Virus record (IMG/VR): IMGVR_UViG_3300027513_000007
Reading direction: 5' to 3' (one strand)
DNA: 38,624 nt
Origin: a virus
Positions 26,539 to 34,654 of the stretch are shown piece after piece (positions within the stretch are counted from its first letter, which is position 1; every line of letters starts with the position of its first letter). The notes under the pieces are model-generated. The model searched no databases. It was not told the DNA's origin and saw only the letters and a list, made by a program, of their open reading frames with translations. Made by a program: the position numbers and the translations under genes.

Positions 26539-27114
26539 TTAAAGACCTAAAGGGTTATCTATTTTCTCGAACTTGGCCAAATACGCTTGTACTTCATCGT
26601 CCATTGCATCAGGATAGGCGTCACGAAAATACTTAACACGGCATCTTCTAACCATTTCTACGTGTGCTAAATAGGCCGTTCTCTTTTCCATCTCCGTAGG
26701 TTCACGTATCTCCACAGGCTTAGGCCGCCAGTCACCATTTTCTATTAATTCACGGCTACTGATAGGTGCTGTTTTCATGGCTGGTAACTTAGCTAAGGCA
26801 TCCATCCATTCCTGTAGTCGTTTGGCTCTGGCTTCTCCTGTCAATGGTGGTTTCTCGTCTTTCTTTGGCTCCTCTTTCGGCAGATACCACGGCTTACGAA
26901 CCTTGTCAGGAGTTACTTTACACAGCTTGTTAAACACGTGCTGACGGTGGAATTTAAGAGGCGTCTGTGCGAACTCTAAACTGTCTGTCATTCCATTGGT
27001 ATAGACTTTTAAGGCTACATCTTTGAAGGTTTCAGGCTTATGGTTCATGCCAGCTTGTTCAAACCATCGTTCATCGCTTGTTAATTCTTTGTACCAATCA
27101 TCGAAGTTCTTCAT
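26539..27114 (-). CDS. Hypothetical protein, 191 aa
   Basis: Start set at MKNFDDWYK, where the ATG overlaps the upstream stop as ATGA. Confidence 0.6.
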   Translation of the reverse strand: MKNFDDWYKELTSDERWFEQAGMNHKPETFKDVALKVYTNGMTDSLEFAQTPLKFHRQHVFNKLCKVTPDKVRKPWYLPKEEPKKDEKPPLTGEARAKRLQEWMDALAKLPAMKTAPISSRELIENGDWRPKPVEIREPTEMEKRTAYLAHVEMVRRCRVKYFRDAYPDAMDDEVQAYLAKFEKIDNPLGL

Positions 27115-27809
27115 AGTAGTTCCGACTTTATTAATGACCACAGAACACCATTCATAGACCTAAGCGTAATTAATGCGCTTGTTTTGTCGCTTATGAATTT
27201 AGCTACAGTTGACTTGTAAACCTTGTCCGCTTCGGCAAATGTTTCATAGCGTGCGAACTTCCTGGAGTCATAATTGCCATTTTTCAGATAGCATACATCT
27301 ACTTCATGCAGTTTTGATAGTTGCTTTGTTGCTTCTGCCGGAGTTAATAAATTCAGCTTAATCCAAAATTCATTTATTTTATGCGTCCTGTCTTCATCGA
27401 TGTAGTCTAATACGCCACGTTCCCTGCAATCACCTTCGTTTACAACTTCATAAAATTTGAAAGGAGGTTTACCTTTTTGTGTTTCTACTATAAACATCCT
27501 GCTTCCCAATCGGCGAGACATTAAAAACTGTGCCCATGTAGATCCACCTTTTTTGCATTGTAGTGCTTCGGCTAATCTTGGCGAACCGGATACTTTTAAA
27601 TCGAATACTGCCGTAAAAACACAGCCAGAATAAGGCGTCCGGTATTCTACAAATGTTTCATCTTCATTGGCTAACTGTTTTAATGAACCATTGTCAATAC
27701 CAATCATTGAATCAATATCAGTAAAGCAAATAGAAGGAGGTAGTTTGCGATGGGCTTCGCCAAATTCTGTGCCTTTACCATTCAGGCGGGGTCGTACTTC
27801 ATTGTTCAT
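27111..27809 (-). CDS. Hypothetical protein, 232 aa (weak PD-(D/E)xK-like pattern)
   Basis: CFTDID ... VEYR ... AVFDLK could be a nuclease-type D...(D/E)xK arrangement. This is not verifiable by eye. Confidence 0.55.
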   Translation of the reverse strand: MNNEVRPRLNGKGTEFGEAHRKLPPSICFTDIDSMIGIDNGSLKQLANEDETFVEYRTPYSGCVFTAVFDLKVSGSPRLAEALQCKKGGSTWAQFLMSRRLGSRMFIVETQKGKPPFKFYEVVNEGDCRERGVLDYIDEDRTHKINEFWIKLNLLTPAEATKQLSKLHEVDVCYLKNGNYDSRKFARYETFAEADKVYKSTVAKFISDKTSALITLRSMNGVLWSLIKSELL

Positions 27810-28863
27810 TTAACCTTGCTTTTGATATGTTGACATTTTCAATATTCATTTCAATACCATCAAAAAAACATCCATGCCTTAGTGCTGCTATTCCTGTAGT
27901 ACCAGCACCGCAGAACGGATCTAAAATGCTTTGACCAGGAAGACACATCTTAGAAATAATATCATACATACCGCTTATTGATTGACCCCATTTATGAAAG
28001 TCTTTGTCGTTTCCGTCGCTTTTAAAAACGTCACCGAATATTTTTCCTTTATATTCTCCCTTTCGGAAGATCAACAAGGGTTTCCAAGTTGTATTTACAT
28101 TCACTTGGCGTAATGGTGTTGGCTGTCCAGGCGTTAGATAACAAGCGGTCCAGTAGTATTGAATGTTCCTTGACATTATTTCATAGATTTCATCCAAATA
28201 AGATTGGCCACTCATTACAATTAAAAGCCCGCCATCTTTTAACCATAGTTTTGAATAAATTGCAAGGTCTTCAAACAATGGTAGAAACTCTTTAGGATAC
28301 GGAGGATCAGTGATTACAAAGTCGTACTGCTTCTGCTGTTTCCACGTCCTGAAATCAGAATGATATACTTTCCATCTTTCACTAATTGGTATTGATGCAC
28401 CAGCCTTTGCAATGTCTGCGCGTGCTTCATTGCGTTTACCTTCACTTACTTTCTTTTGCGCTTCAAATAAGGTGTGAACACCGTCCTTTACCTTTTCTAA
28501 CTGGTCATCTGGTAGCGATGCAATGTCCTGAGCGAGTTTGCTGGTTTTTTTATCCAAACCAATTTCAGCAAGTGTTGGTATACTGCTCGGCGGTTCCATT
28601 TTAGTACCACCGATATCTCTACCGTTGGCTCGTACACCTTGATTCTTAGGCATATCTTTTAACATTCTTCCAAGTTGTGCTAATGCTTCAACTTTTATTG
28701 AAGTAGCAAACCGTATAGATTCTTCACCAAGCTGTTGACGTTTTGCAAATATTTCAGCGGCGGCAGCAACGTCTAATACTTTTTTTGTTTCCTGAATTGT
28801 CTTTGCTTCGGCTAGTGCGTTTCTTGCTGAACCAAGTTTTACTAAGACTGCATCATTTATCAT
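27799..28863 (-). CDS. DNA methyltransferase, beta-class N6-adenine/N4-cytosine (N6_N4_Mtase type) with a ~170-aa N-terminal extension, 354 aa
   Basis: Motif IV is VITDPPYP. It lies upstream of motif I, ILDPFCGAGTTGIAA. The WGQS... segment precedes motif I, as in HP(T/W)QKP-type enzymes. Confidence 0.85.
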   Translation of the reverse strand: MINDAVLVKLGSARNALAEAKTIQETKKVLDVAAAAEIFAKRQQLGEESIRFATSIKVEALAQLGRMLKDMPKNQGVRANGRDIGGTKMEPPSSIPTLAEIGLDKKTSKLAQDIASLPDDQLEKVKDGVHTLFEAQKKVSEGKRNEARADIAKAGASIPISERWKVYHSDFRTWKQQKQYDFVITDPPYPKEFLPLFEDLAIYSKLWLKDGGLLIVMSGQSYLDEIYEIMSRNIQYYWTACYLTPGQPTPLRQVNVNTTWKPLLIFRKGEYKGKIFGDVFKSDGNDKDFHKWGQSISGMYDIISKMCLPGQSILDPFCGAGTTGIAALRHGCFFDGIEMNIENVNISKARLNEQ

Positions 28864-29217
28864 AAGTGAAAGTTAAAGTGTCAATTTGCAAGGGACAGAA
28901 ACGGCTGGTAAGTAGGTCGGCAAAGCAAGTCTACCCCCTACCCCCAAGGAAGCAGACTATGCTGGCCTTTGCATTGGGTGCAGTATCCGTATGTATAAGT
29001 TTCGGCTGATGGTAGGCAGTCTCGCAAGTCTAAAACCTGTTCACATCATTTAACAGCTTGAATCCATCCCCCTTGTTATCAGGTAATGCCAGCTATCTGC
29101 CCACGCTGTAAAATAAAAATGCCCTAGTCATTGTGGCCTACTAACTCCACGCCGACTAAGGCAAAAATTTCCTCTTTCAGAAAACTGACTCAAAGTTAGT
29201 AGGCTGTCGTTTCATTT

Positions 29218-29225
29218 CAAACTTA
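29218..29225 (-). promoter_or_regulatory. Candidate leftward -7 promoter box TAAGTTTG
   Basis: Exact TAnnTTTG on the minus strand. The DnaA boxes lie about 20-45 nt upstream of it, and the hairpin plus T-run lie downstream. Confidence 0.25.
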
Positions 29226-29243
29226 AATATTTACTTCCAAAAG

Positions 29244-29263
29244 TTATCCACATTTTATCCACA
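29244..29263 (+). promoter_or_regulatory. Two perfect tandem DnaA boxes (TTATCCACA x2, 11-bp register)
   Basis: ttatccaca at 29244-29252 and 29255-29263, forming part of an 11-bp direct repeat ttatccacatt x2. Confidence 0.7.
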
Positions 29264-29278
29264 TTCGGTGCACAAAGG

Positions 29279-29464
29279 TTAAAAGGCATATTCTAAACAT
29301 TTATTGTGCTGGTACCTACCCATAGCCACAGAAACGCACTGTTTGCATTTGCCGCGCCTGAAACTGTAGACCCGTAATACCCCGGCTTTTGTCACATAGC
29401 GCCTTAAAACGCCTGGAAATGCTTCCTCCGGCTTTTGTTTATGGCAGTGCGTACATTCTTTCAT
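29279..29464 (-). CDS. Small zinc-ribbon protein, 61 aa
   Basis: CTHC ... CKQC pairs. ATGA-coupled to the upstream methyltransferase. Confidence 0.55.
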   Translation of the reverse strand: MKECTHCHKQKPEEAFPGVLRRYVTKAGVLRVYSFRRGKCKQCVSVAMGRYQHNKCLEYAF

Positions 29465-30099
29465 GCAGGAAATAGTTTTAATTGGCTTTTGTGCTGGTTA
29501 AACCGTTTTACCGAAGCATCGAAATAGTCTTTATCTAGTTCATACCCCCAGAACTCAAAGCCCATGTCAAAGGCCGCTATTCGGCTGGAGCCGCTTCCTA
29601 AATGGGTGTCAAGTATCTTGTCCCCTTCCTTGGCGTAGTTCTTTAAAAGCCATTTATAGAGCTTTACAGGCTTTTGGGTGGGGTGTATTGTTTCTCCCGG
29701 CTCTACAAGAAGTTCGACGCGGTTAATAACCTTCCTTCTGATAGGGCTATTAAATGATGTATAAGCCAGTTCCGCGTCCGCTTGATCTATATTTTGTCCC
29801 TTATCCCATATTAACCAACATGCAGAAGGAAACAGACAATCAACAAAATAATTAGCACCCCAAATGATTTGATTTTTAGAAACCCTTCTTAGTTCAATGA
29901 AATATTCAATATCAGGTCTATTGTCATCCCATCCCTTTTCTTCAAATCCCTTATGCCCACCGTGTGAACTTGTACTTTTGGGTTTCCCACTTCTACCTAT
30001 ACCGTATGGTGGATCTACTATTGCAAGATCAAAATATCCATCTTCAAAAGCGCTCATACCTTGCATACAGTCACAGTTAAACACTTGTGTCTTATCCAT
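29461..30099 (-). CDS. DNA methyltransferase, beta-class N6-adenine/N4-cytosine (N6_N4_Mtase type), 212 aa
   Basis: IVDPPYGIG (motif IV), HPTQKPVKLYKWLL and ILDTHLGSGSSRIAA (motif I) occur in the beta-class order. Confidence 0.9.
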   Translation of the reverse strand: MDKTQVFNCDCMQGMSAFEDGYFDLAIVDPPYGIGRSGKPKSTSSHGGHKGFEEKGWDDNRPDIEYFIELRRVSKNQIIWGANYFVDCLFPSACWLIWDKGQNIDQADAELAYTSFNSPIRRKVINRVELLVEPGETIHPTQKPVKLYKWLLKNYAKEGDKILDTHLGSGSSRIAAFDMGFEFWGYELDKDYFDASVKRFNQHKSQLKLFPA

Positions 30100-30217
30100 A
30101 AACTATCCTGCAAAAGCTATAAAGTAAAATACAGGTAAGAATAAAAGCTACCATAGTAGAAGCCATCAGGCTCCAAATGTGCAACCATCGGCTGTCAATT
30201 CTTTTCATGCTTTTCAT
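30092..30217 (-). CDS. Micro-ORF, single TM helix, 41 aa
   Basis: Hand-translated: MKSMKRIDSRWLHIWSLMASTMVAFILTCILLYSFCRIVYG. The ATG overlaps the upstream stop (ATGA) and the stop overlaps the methyltransferase start. Confidence 0.4.
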   Translation of the reverse strand: MKSMKRIDSRWLHIWSLMASTMVAFILTCILLYSFCRIVYG

Positions 30218-30585
30218 TGTGTTAGTTGGTCTAAGTGTTCTTTCAATTCTGTAATATGCTTTTCCATCTTAAAAGCGTAGTAGCTTTCAAATGTCTTATG
30301 CCCTTCTTTGTCCAGTTCCCAAATTCTATACAATACAGCCCGCTGTCTTTGGCTTTTGGTTTTCCCCGGCATATCCACATCCGCCTGGTCAACCATGTCC
30401 ATAACCGCCTGTGATACGGTTTCTTTCTGCGAAATGTACACCGCACAGACTTTGTTCTGCATGGTCAGCAGTTCGCCGGCTTTAGACTGCGACATCTCCT
30501 GGCAGCCTATGGTAATTTTCAATGTACCATCGCGGCGGGTGCCAACGCTTTCCACCTGTGCGGCAAGTAATAACCCGTCCATCAT
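30214..30585 (-). CDS. Hypothetical protein, 123 aa
   Basis: ATGA-coupled ORF in the early block. Confidence 0.6.
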   Translation of the reverse strand: MMDGLLLAAQVESVGTRRDGTLKITIGCQEMSQSKAGELLTMQNKVCAVYISQKETVSQAVMDMVDQADVDMPGKTKSQRQRAVLYRIWELDKEGHKTFESYYAFKMEKHITELKEHLDQLTQ

Positions 30586-31058
30586 TTGATGAATACTTTA
30601 AGCCCTGACGTGGATTTCTTTGTCGGTGGCATAATTAGTGTCACTTCCCCGGTGCTTCTATCCAGAAGGTCAATAGGCCCCGTTAAAGCCCGTAGAAATG
30701 CCTCTGTTGCTTTGCGTCCTTCAGCGGCAGTCTTTTCAGCTACAGAGAATTGTTCCCAGTCAGGATGCCCACATTTTGAATAGTCGTAAACAGTTGCTAG
30801 TTCCGCCTTTTCAATCTCATTCCCCATAAACTCAAACTTCCGTTCGGGATATTTCTCCGCTTCATTCAATAGATTTTCTTGTATCTTTTCAGTGATAATC
30901 TTAAAGGCTTTTTCCATACCTCTAATTTGAACCAGCAGCCACAGCGGGTTTTCACCGTCATATTTCACCGACTGAACCACACGGTTAGCAAATTTATTAA
31001 CCTGATCTGCCGTTGATGGCATTAGGTGTATTACACTGTTTGGGGTCATGTCATCCAT
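30582..31058 (-). CDS. Hypothetical protein, 158 aa
   Basis: ORF in the early block. Confidence 0.6.
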   Translation of the reverse strand: MDDMTPNSVIHLMPSTADQVNKFANRVVQSVKYDGENPLWLLVQIRGMEKAFKIITEKIQENLLNEAEKYPERKFEFMGNEIEKAELATVYDYSKCGHPDWEQFSVAEKTAAEGRKATEAFLRALTGPIDLLDRSTGEVTLIMPPTKKSTSGLKVFIK

Positions 31059-31062
31059 AGTG

Positions 31063-31371
31063 TTATGATTTAAATACTTCTTTAGGTGTAAACCATTTAT
31101 CTTTCATGAAGTGGCCAATGGAATAAACGCCTGAGTGATTTGATTTAACGCGAATGGTTTTACCTTTGACCTTATCCCAATCATCCACTTCAAGGACCTC
31201 AAAAATCCTCTGCACCCAAGTGGATAAATTTCTACGGACATCATAACCCCCAAATGCCTGAGCCGTTCCTCCGTAATCCAAGCCAATCCACAGCGTCAAA
31301 ATTCCGTGGTCTTCGATTTCTATTTTAGTATAGCTGATTAAAGCGTTTTTAACTTCGTATTCGTCTTTCAT
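31063..31371 (-). CDS. Hypothetical protein, 102 aa
   Basis: ATGA-coupled ORF in the early block. Confidence 0.6.
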   Translation of the reverse strand: MKDEYEVKNALISYTKIEIEDHGILTLWIGLDYGGTAQAFGGYDVRRNLSTWVQRIFEVLEVDDWDKVKGKTIRVKSNHSGVYSIGHFMKDKWFTPKEVFKS

Positions 31372-31757
31372 AGTTTAGAAATCATTTCTCCGTAGATAAT
31401 ATCAAAGGTGGCTGGCAGTGCTTTCATTTCTACTTTACCGGCTACTACTAAATCTTTAGCGTAGGCCATCGCAAAGGAGATCATCTGAATACGTGGCTCA
31501 ATCTGTGGCCGTCCTGCGGCTTTAAATGGCTGTTCCGTCTGTGGCAAGGTAATTTTGAAATAGGTCTTTCCGGTCTTCCCTTCTTTCTGTTCAATCTGGT
31601 ATTCAGCGTCTTGGCCTACCACGAACTTGGTCTGGTCAGGAGATTTAGTACTATAGAAACCTTTATCACCATTTGCAAATTCAATAGAGAAACTACTGTT
31701 TCCGTATGAATCTGTCTTGTCGAATTTTGTCACCTTAGTGACCATTGCTTTTTTCAT
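31368..31757 (-). CDS. Hypothetical protein, possibly with an OB-fold-like N-terminal half, 129 aa
   Basis: First gene of the leftward early operon. The beta-rich N-terminal half is only suggestive. Confidence 0.55.
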   Translation of the reverse strand: MKKAMVTKVTKFDKTDSYGNSSFSIEFANGDKGFYSTKSPDQTKFVVGQDAEYQIEQKEGKTGKTYFKITLPQTEQPFKAAGRPQIEPRIQMISFAMAYAKDLVVAGKVEMKALPATFDIIYGEMISKL

Positions 31758-31882
31758 TTCCGTTTATCGGTTATTGTTCAGCAATACTACGAACGCATAA
31801 TATTCTATGCAAGCCTTTTGTAAAATATATTTTGATAATTTCTTTTGCACGTTAAAATATTTCTTTGTTGTTTTACACCGTT

Positions 31883-32041
31883 ATGATGACAGTAGCAGAA
31901 TTTGCCAGTAAAAAAGGGGTGCCGCTTCAAACGGTATATTCCTGGATTTACAGAGGGAAAACCGAGAAGAACGGATTTAAGGTTGTTCAAATCGGCAGTA
32001 TGAAGTTGATTCAAGAACTCTCAAAAAAGAAAGTTGCATGA
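31883..32041 (+). CDS. Small helix-turn-helix DNA-binding protein (excisionase/MerR-like HTH), 52 aa
   Basis: Hand-translated MMTVAEFASKKGVPLQTVYSWIYRGK..., the classic short HTH pattern. Its stop overlaps the next ATG as ATGA. Below the track cutoff. Confidence 0.6.
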   Translation: MMTVAEFASKKGVPLQTVYSWIYRGKTEKNGFKVVQIGSMKLIQELSKKKVA

Positions 32042-32316
32042 TGTATCAAAAGATTAGACCCCGTTCAGTAAAGCGTTTAAAGCAGGAGCGGCAGTATATT
32101 AGGCTGAAGAATTTTTATTTGTACCATCATCCTGGTTGTGAGATTGAAGGGTGCATGGCTCCAGCAACTGAGATTCACCATAAAATGGGGCGCACAGGTG
32201 ATTTGTTAACAGATACAAGGTATTTTCTTGGAGTTTGTCGTCCTCATCATAACTACATAGAATCCAATCCAGCAGAAGCCAAAGAGCATGGATATTCATT
32301 AACACGAACGATATGA
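32038..32316 (+). CDS. HNH endonuclease (terminase-associated type), 92 aa
   Basis: CEIEGC...EIHHKMGR...GVCRPHHNYIE gives the CxxC, HH, and C..HH arrangement. It lies just upstream of the terminase genes. Confidence 0.75.
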   Translation: MMYQKIRPRSVKRLKQERQYIRLKNFYLYHHPGCEIEGCMAPATEIHHKMGRTGDLLTDTRYFLGVCRPHHNYIESNPAEAKEHGYSLTRTI

Positions 32317-32507
32317 ATGACATAGAAACCAAAAAGTTACCAAAACATATGCAAGCCGCTCTAAACCAGCTAACTAAGCAAGTAGAATGGTTCGAACGGA
32401 AACGCACCAAGCTTCAGGACGAAGTCACTTCAAAAGAGAAGGAAATAGACGAGCTTTCTACCTCCATAGAATACCTCTCTGAACAGATAATTAAACTAAA
32501 AGGCTAA
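32313..32507 (+). CDS. Coiled-coil protein, 64 aa
   Basis: ATGA-coupled ORF with heptad-rich sequence. Confidence 0.55.
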   Translation: MNDIETKKLPKHMQAALNQLTKQVEWFERKRTKLQDEVTSKEKEIDELSTSIEYLSEQIIKLKG

Positions 32508-32515
32508 CTTTGATT

Positions 32516-32869
32516 ATGGCAGAAGGAAACGAAGAATACGTGAATGGACGCGCCAGTCATCAGTTTCAACCTGGCAACACCGCAGCCAAAGGACGTGGCC
32601 AAAACAAGGTTTCAACGAAGGTTAAAGAATCAATTGTTAACTTCTTAGAGGCCAATGTGGACAAGATACAAGCGGATTTTGATACTCTTAAAGCCAAAGA
32701 CCGTTTACAGTTCATTGCTGAAATTCTGCCCTATGCAGCCCCTAAATTAGCTTCAATACAACACGAAGGAGAAGTCCATGCCGGAATCACAATCAGATTT
32801 GATGACTCAAGAGATTACGTATACCCTTCCGAAGATAAAAGTAATACAGGAATCCCGGAAAGCGTTTAA
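32516..32869 (+). CDS. terS: Terminase small subunit (probable), 117 aa
   Basis: The FQPGNTAAKGRG motif near the N-terminus is typical of small-terminase-like proteins, and the gene sits directly before TerL. ATG 32516 is preferred to the TTG at 32510. Confidence 0.55.
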   Translation: MAEGNEEYVNGRASHQFQPGNTAAKGRGQNKVSTKVKESIVNFLEANVDKIQADFDTLKAKDRLQFIAEILPYAAPKLASIQHEGEVHAGITIRFDDSRDYVYPSEDKSNTGIPESV

Positions 32870-33971
32870 TTCCGGATATCGTATTATCGTAAATCAAGGG
32901 GGAACCCGTTCAGGCAAGACGTTCAGCCTGGTGGAGTATATGATACTTTTGGCCCTGACAGGGAAGTACAGTATTTCGGTTTGTTCAGTAGCCTTTCCTC
33001 ATTTACGGAAGGGAGCCATGAGGGACTGGCGCAAGATAATGGAGGACTTCAAACTCTACAATCCTGCCAACCACATGAAGACAGAACAGCTTTACACCTA
33101 TCCAACAGGTAGCTACATTGAATTTTTCAGTGTTGACAATCAGTTGAAGGTACGAGGCCCGGGACGGGATATATTATTCATTAACGAAGCCAACATAATT
33201 CAATATGAAACCTTCAGACAGTTACTATTACGTACCAAACGGGCCATTTTCATCGATTATAACCCGGCTGATGAGTTTCACTGGATTTATGACAAAGTTT
33301 TAACTAGACCAGATTGTTACTTTATAAAATCCACCTACAATGACAACCCCTTCATCCCCAAAGAGCAAAGGTCAGAAATCGAAAGCTACAAAGACGCAGA
33401 TCCGAACTTTTGGAGAATTTACGGCGAAGGAGAAAGAGGGCATTCTGAAGGCATTATCTTCACTCATTGGCAACCATTCAGCGCAGAAATTCCAGGCCAG
33501 ATTGGATATGGACTTGACTTTGGGTATAATAACCCTACAGCTTTATGCCGAGTTGTCCAATTTGCTGGCGGTTTACAGGTCACAGAAGAATTCTACCAGT
33601 CAAAAGTGACAAATACCGAACTAATAGAGGTTTTAAAGCAGCTAGTCAGCCCCTACGACCCTATTTACTGCGATGCAGCGGAGCCGGCACGAATAGAAGA
33701 GATAAAACGGGCAGGATTCAAGGCAATAGCAGCAAATAAGGACGTAAAAGCGGGGATAGACTTCATTAAATCACGGAAACTGTTCATCCACCAGGGGTCA
33801 GTGAACTTACTTAAAGAAATTAAGTCGTATAAATTCAAAGTGAACAAAAACAAGGTAGGAAACACCCCGGAGGAACCTTTAAAACTAAACGACCACGCTA
33901 TGGATGCCATGAGATACGCCGCGATATCATTCAAGAAGAAGAAAACAGCACTAAACATCAGTTTCAAATGA
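32802..33971 (+). CDS. terL: Terminase large subunit (PBSX/Terminase_3-like), 389 aa
   Basis: Walker A is NQGGTRSGKTFS, the Walker B-like motif is ILFINEAN, and the C-terminal nuclease region carries LNDHAMDAMRY. The start is ATG 32802 or 32778, and either overlaps terS out of frame. Confidence 0.85.
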   Translation: MTQEITYTLPKIKVIQESRKAFNSGYRIIVNQGGTRSGKTFSLVEYMILLALTGKYSISVCSVAFPHLRKGAMRDWRKIMEDFKLYNPANHMKTEQLYTYPTGSYIEFFSVDNQLKVRGPGRDILFINEANIIQYETFRQLLLRTKRAIFIDYNPADEFHWIYDKVLTRPDCYFIKSTYNDNPFIPKEQRSEIESYKDADPNFWRIYGEGERGHSEGIIFTHWQPFSAEIPGQIGYGLDFGYNNPTALCRVVQFAGGLQVTEEFYQSKVTNTELIEVLKQLVSPYDPIYCDAAEPARIEEIKRAGFKAIAANKDVKAGIDFIKSRKLFIHQGSVNLLKEIKSYKFKVNKNKVGNTPEEPLKLNDHAMDAMRYAAISFKKKKTALNISFK

Positions 33972-34192
33972 CAAACAAGATATTCAGGTGGTTTATATTG
34001 ATGGCGCTTTTCATCTGGTTCTTAACAAGTTGCACAGAAGAAATAGGGCCATGTCACGATTCAGAAGTTCAGTGCAAGAAGCTTTTAGAACTGAGTAAAC
34101 AGACTACCGGGGTCGAAAGCCAAAATTACTACCAGCATTACTTATCGGAGAAGCATTTCCTTGAGAACTGTTACAAGATAAACGGCAGATAA
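33968..34192 (+). CDS. Small lipoprotein, 74 aa
   Basis: ATGA overlap with the TerL stop. Lipobox FLTSC follows a hydrophobic segment. Four further Cys residues. Confidence 0.55.
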   Translation: MTNKIFRWFILMALFIWFLTSCTEEIGPCHDSEVQCKKLLELSKQTTGVESQNYYQHYLSEKHFLENCYKINGR

Positions 34193-34240
34193 ATAAGTAT
34201 TATAACTCTAATACTTTATCTTAGAGGAATAAGACTAACT

Positions 34241-34654
34241 ATGTTAAAGGTTAAATATTGCGGAGTGTATGTAATCGAAGTTGGTAAATTAAATAAGGTT
34301 TATGTCGGTTCAAGTCTTAATGCTGACAACAGAATATATCAACACAGAAGTGTTTTAAAATGCCAGAAGTGCCAGAATGAGGAAATGCAGGACGATTGGA
34401 ATTTGCACTATGACCATTTCGTTTTTAGTAAGGTTTGTGAAGCTGATGTATCCAATTTAAGAGCGAAGGAAACGGAGATTTGCCGAGAATATCTTTCCAA
34501 AGGATGGAGTTTATATAATAAGGTTATAAGCGTAGAAACTAACATAATGAATATCCCTAAAGAATATATCCCACTTGTCAAGAAGCTAATAAATGCAATT
34601 GAAAGGAAAAAGATATTACCGTGGGTCATTGAAAACCAACTAGATAACCTATGA
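34241..34654 (+). CDS. GIY-YIG nuclease (free-standing homing-endonuclease-like, catalytic domain only), 137 aa
   Basis: The core motifs are GVYVIEVGKLNKVYVGSS, NADNRIYQH and LRAKETEICREYL...LYN. These parallel the I-TevI catalytic core (GIY, YIG, R, H, E, N). Confidence 0.75.
   Translation: MLKVKYCGVYVIEVGKLNKVYVGSSLNADNRIYQHRSVLKCQKCQNEEMQDDWNLHYDHFVFSKVCEADVSNLRAKETEICREYLSKGWSLYNKVISVETNIMNIPKEYIPLVKKLINAIERKKILPWVIENQLDNL

Larger units (their letters stand above)
28864..29278. other. Largest ORF-free region of the genome: candidate replication origin / regulatory or ncRNA locus
   Basis: No ORF of 60 aa or more on either strand across 415 bp in a genome otherwise packed with genes. It contains tandem DnaA boxes and a 10-bp inverted repeat (29136-29145 / 29195-29204). 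It also holds a tandem heptamer taccccc x2 (28932-28945) and a 9-bp direct repeat gcaagtcta (28925, 29024). Confidence 0.5.

Noticed and set aside
26328-26548. 12-nt repeat agttaaagacct at the 3' ends of two adjacent leftward genes (26328-26339 and 26537-26548)
   Set aside because: Dozens of identical 12-mer pairs are expected by chance in 38 kb. The two copies lie in different reading contexts.
31805-32014. Minus-strand ORF of 69 aa in the divergent region
   Set aside because: The plus strand here encodes a textbook short HTH protein (31883-32041) that is ATGA-coupled to the next gene. The minus-strand translation has no features and would lie upstream of the leftward operon's own start.
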